From positions 3,750,001 through 3,782,000 of the forward strand of contig NC_016803.1 in NCBI RefSeq assembly GCF_000189295.2: a DNA stretch of 32,000 nucleotides. Direction: 5' to 3'. The notes below the pieces were generated by a model. That model had not been told where the DNA came from. It saw nothing but the letters and a program-made list of their open reading frames with translations, and did not search any database. Position numbers and translations under genes: made by a program. Numbering within the stretch: the first letter of the stretch is position 1; every line of letters starts with the position of its first letter. Below are positions 31,898 through 32,000 of this stretch, piece by piece. Source of the DNA: Pseudodesulfovibrio mercurii. Its GTDB lineage: Bacteria > Desulfobacterota > Desulfovibrionia > Desulfovibrionales > Desulfovibrionaceae.

Positions 31898-32000
31898 ATG
31901 GGTAAAGCTAAATTTGAACGTAGCAAGCCTCACGTCAACATCGGCACCATCGGTCACATCGACCACGGCAAGACCACGCTGACCGCCGCCATCACCAAGC
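31898..32000 (+). CDS. tuf: Elongation factor Tu (N-terminal 34 codons; continues beyond the window)
   Basis: ATG at 31898 after a GGGGG RBS. Translation [34 protein letters not shown] includes the G1 motif GHIDHGKT. Confidence 0.95.
   Translation, partial: MGKAKFERSKPHVNIGTIGHIDHGKTTLTAAITK

Noticed and set aside
1-32000. Mobile genetic element, prophage or defence island somewhere in the window
   Set aside because: There are no integrase, transposase, recombinase, restriction-modification, toxin-antitoxin, Cas or phage-structural signatures in any frame. The tRNA genes are intact and followed by tuf rather than an integrated element. The AT-rich patches are short promoter or terminator regions.

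Overview
The window is GC-rich (roughly mid-60s % by eye, not computed). It looks like core chromosome from a Desulfovibrionaceae-type sulfate reducer; that assignment is an inference from gene content (paired CbiK chelatases, hyp genes, a sigma-54 promoter). I saw no transposase, integrase, CRISPR array or recognisable defence gene.

Gene content, left to right:
- recJ (5' end off-window), then a minus-strand operon of a RACo-like ASKHA/[2Fe-2S] protein, an Rsm22-like methyltransferase, lipB and lipA.
- An alpha/beta hydrolase.
- A minus-strand operon behind a cobalamin riboswitch: periplasmic-type cbiK, BtuCDF-like ABC importer, cbiL, cytoplasmic-type cbiK.
- A three-gene chemotaxis-like module: cheY, a CheA-P1(HPt)-STAS fusion, and a CheA core with no histidine in its N-terminal region.
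- trmH and tsaC, then a long intergenic region with a consensus sigma-54 promoter, then NUDIX, pdxA and gmhB.
- A minus-strand string: HD-domain protein, ddl, waaA, kdsB, carA, TPR protein.
- A 7-TM protein, hypD, hypE, cheV, dus, then tRNA-Thr, tRNA-Tyr, tRNA-Gly and the start of tuf.

The most unusual item is the split CheA. Its only phosphorylatable histidine sits on a separate polypeptide fused to a STAS (partner-switching) domain. That ORF is separated from the kinase core by one in-frame TAA plus 9 nt.

Other points worth a second look:
- RACo-like and Rsm22-like genes translationally coupled to lipB-lipA.
- A B12 riboswitch that starts about 20 nt after the cheA-like stop, with a candidate promoter inside the coding sequence.
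- A sigma-54 promoter with an IHF-like site and no obvious cargo.
- A REP-like palindrome-plus-tail repeat family with at least four copies.
- A ~124-nt nested hairpin between hypD and hypE.
- A structured ~250-nt region downstream of cheV.

The many long ORFs antisense to real genes are GC-driven artefacts and were rejected.
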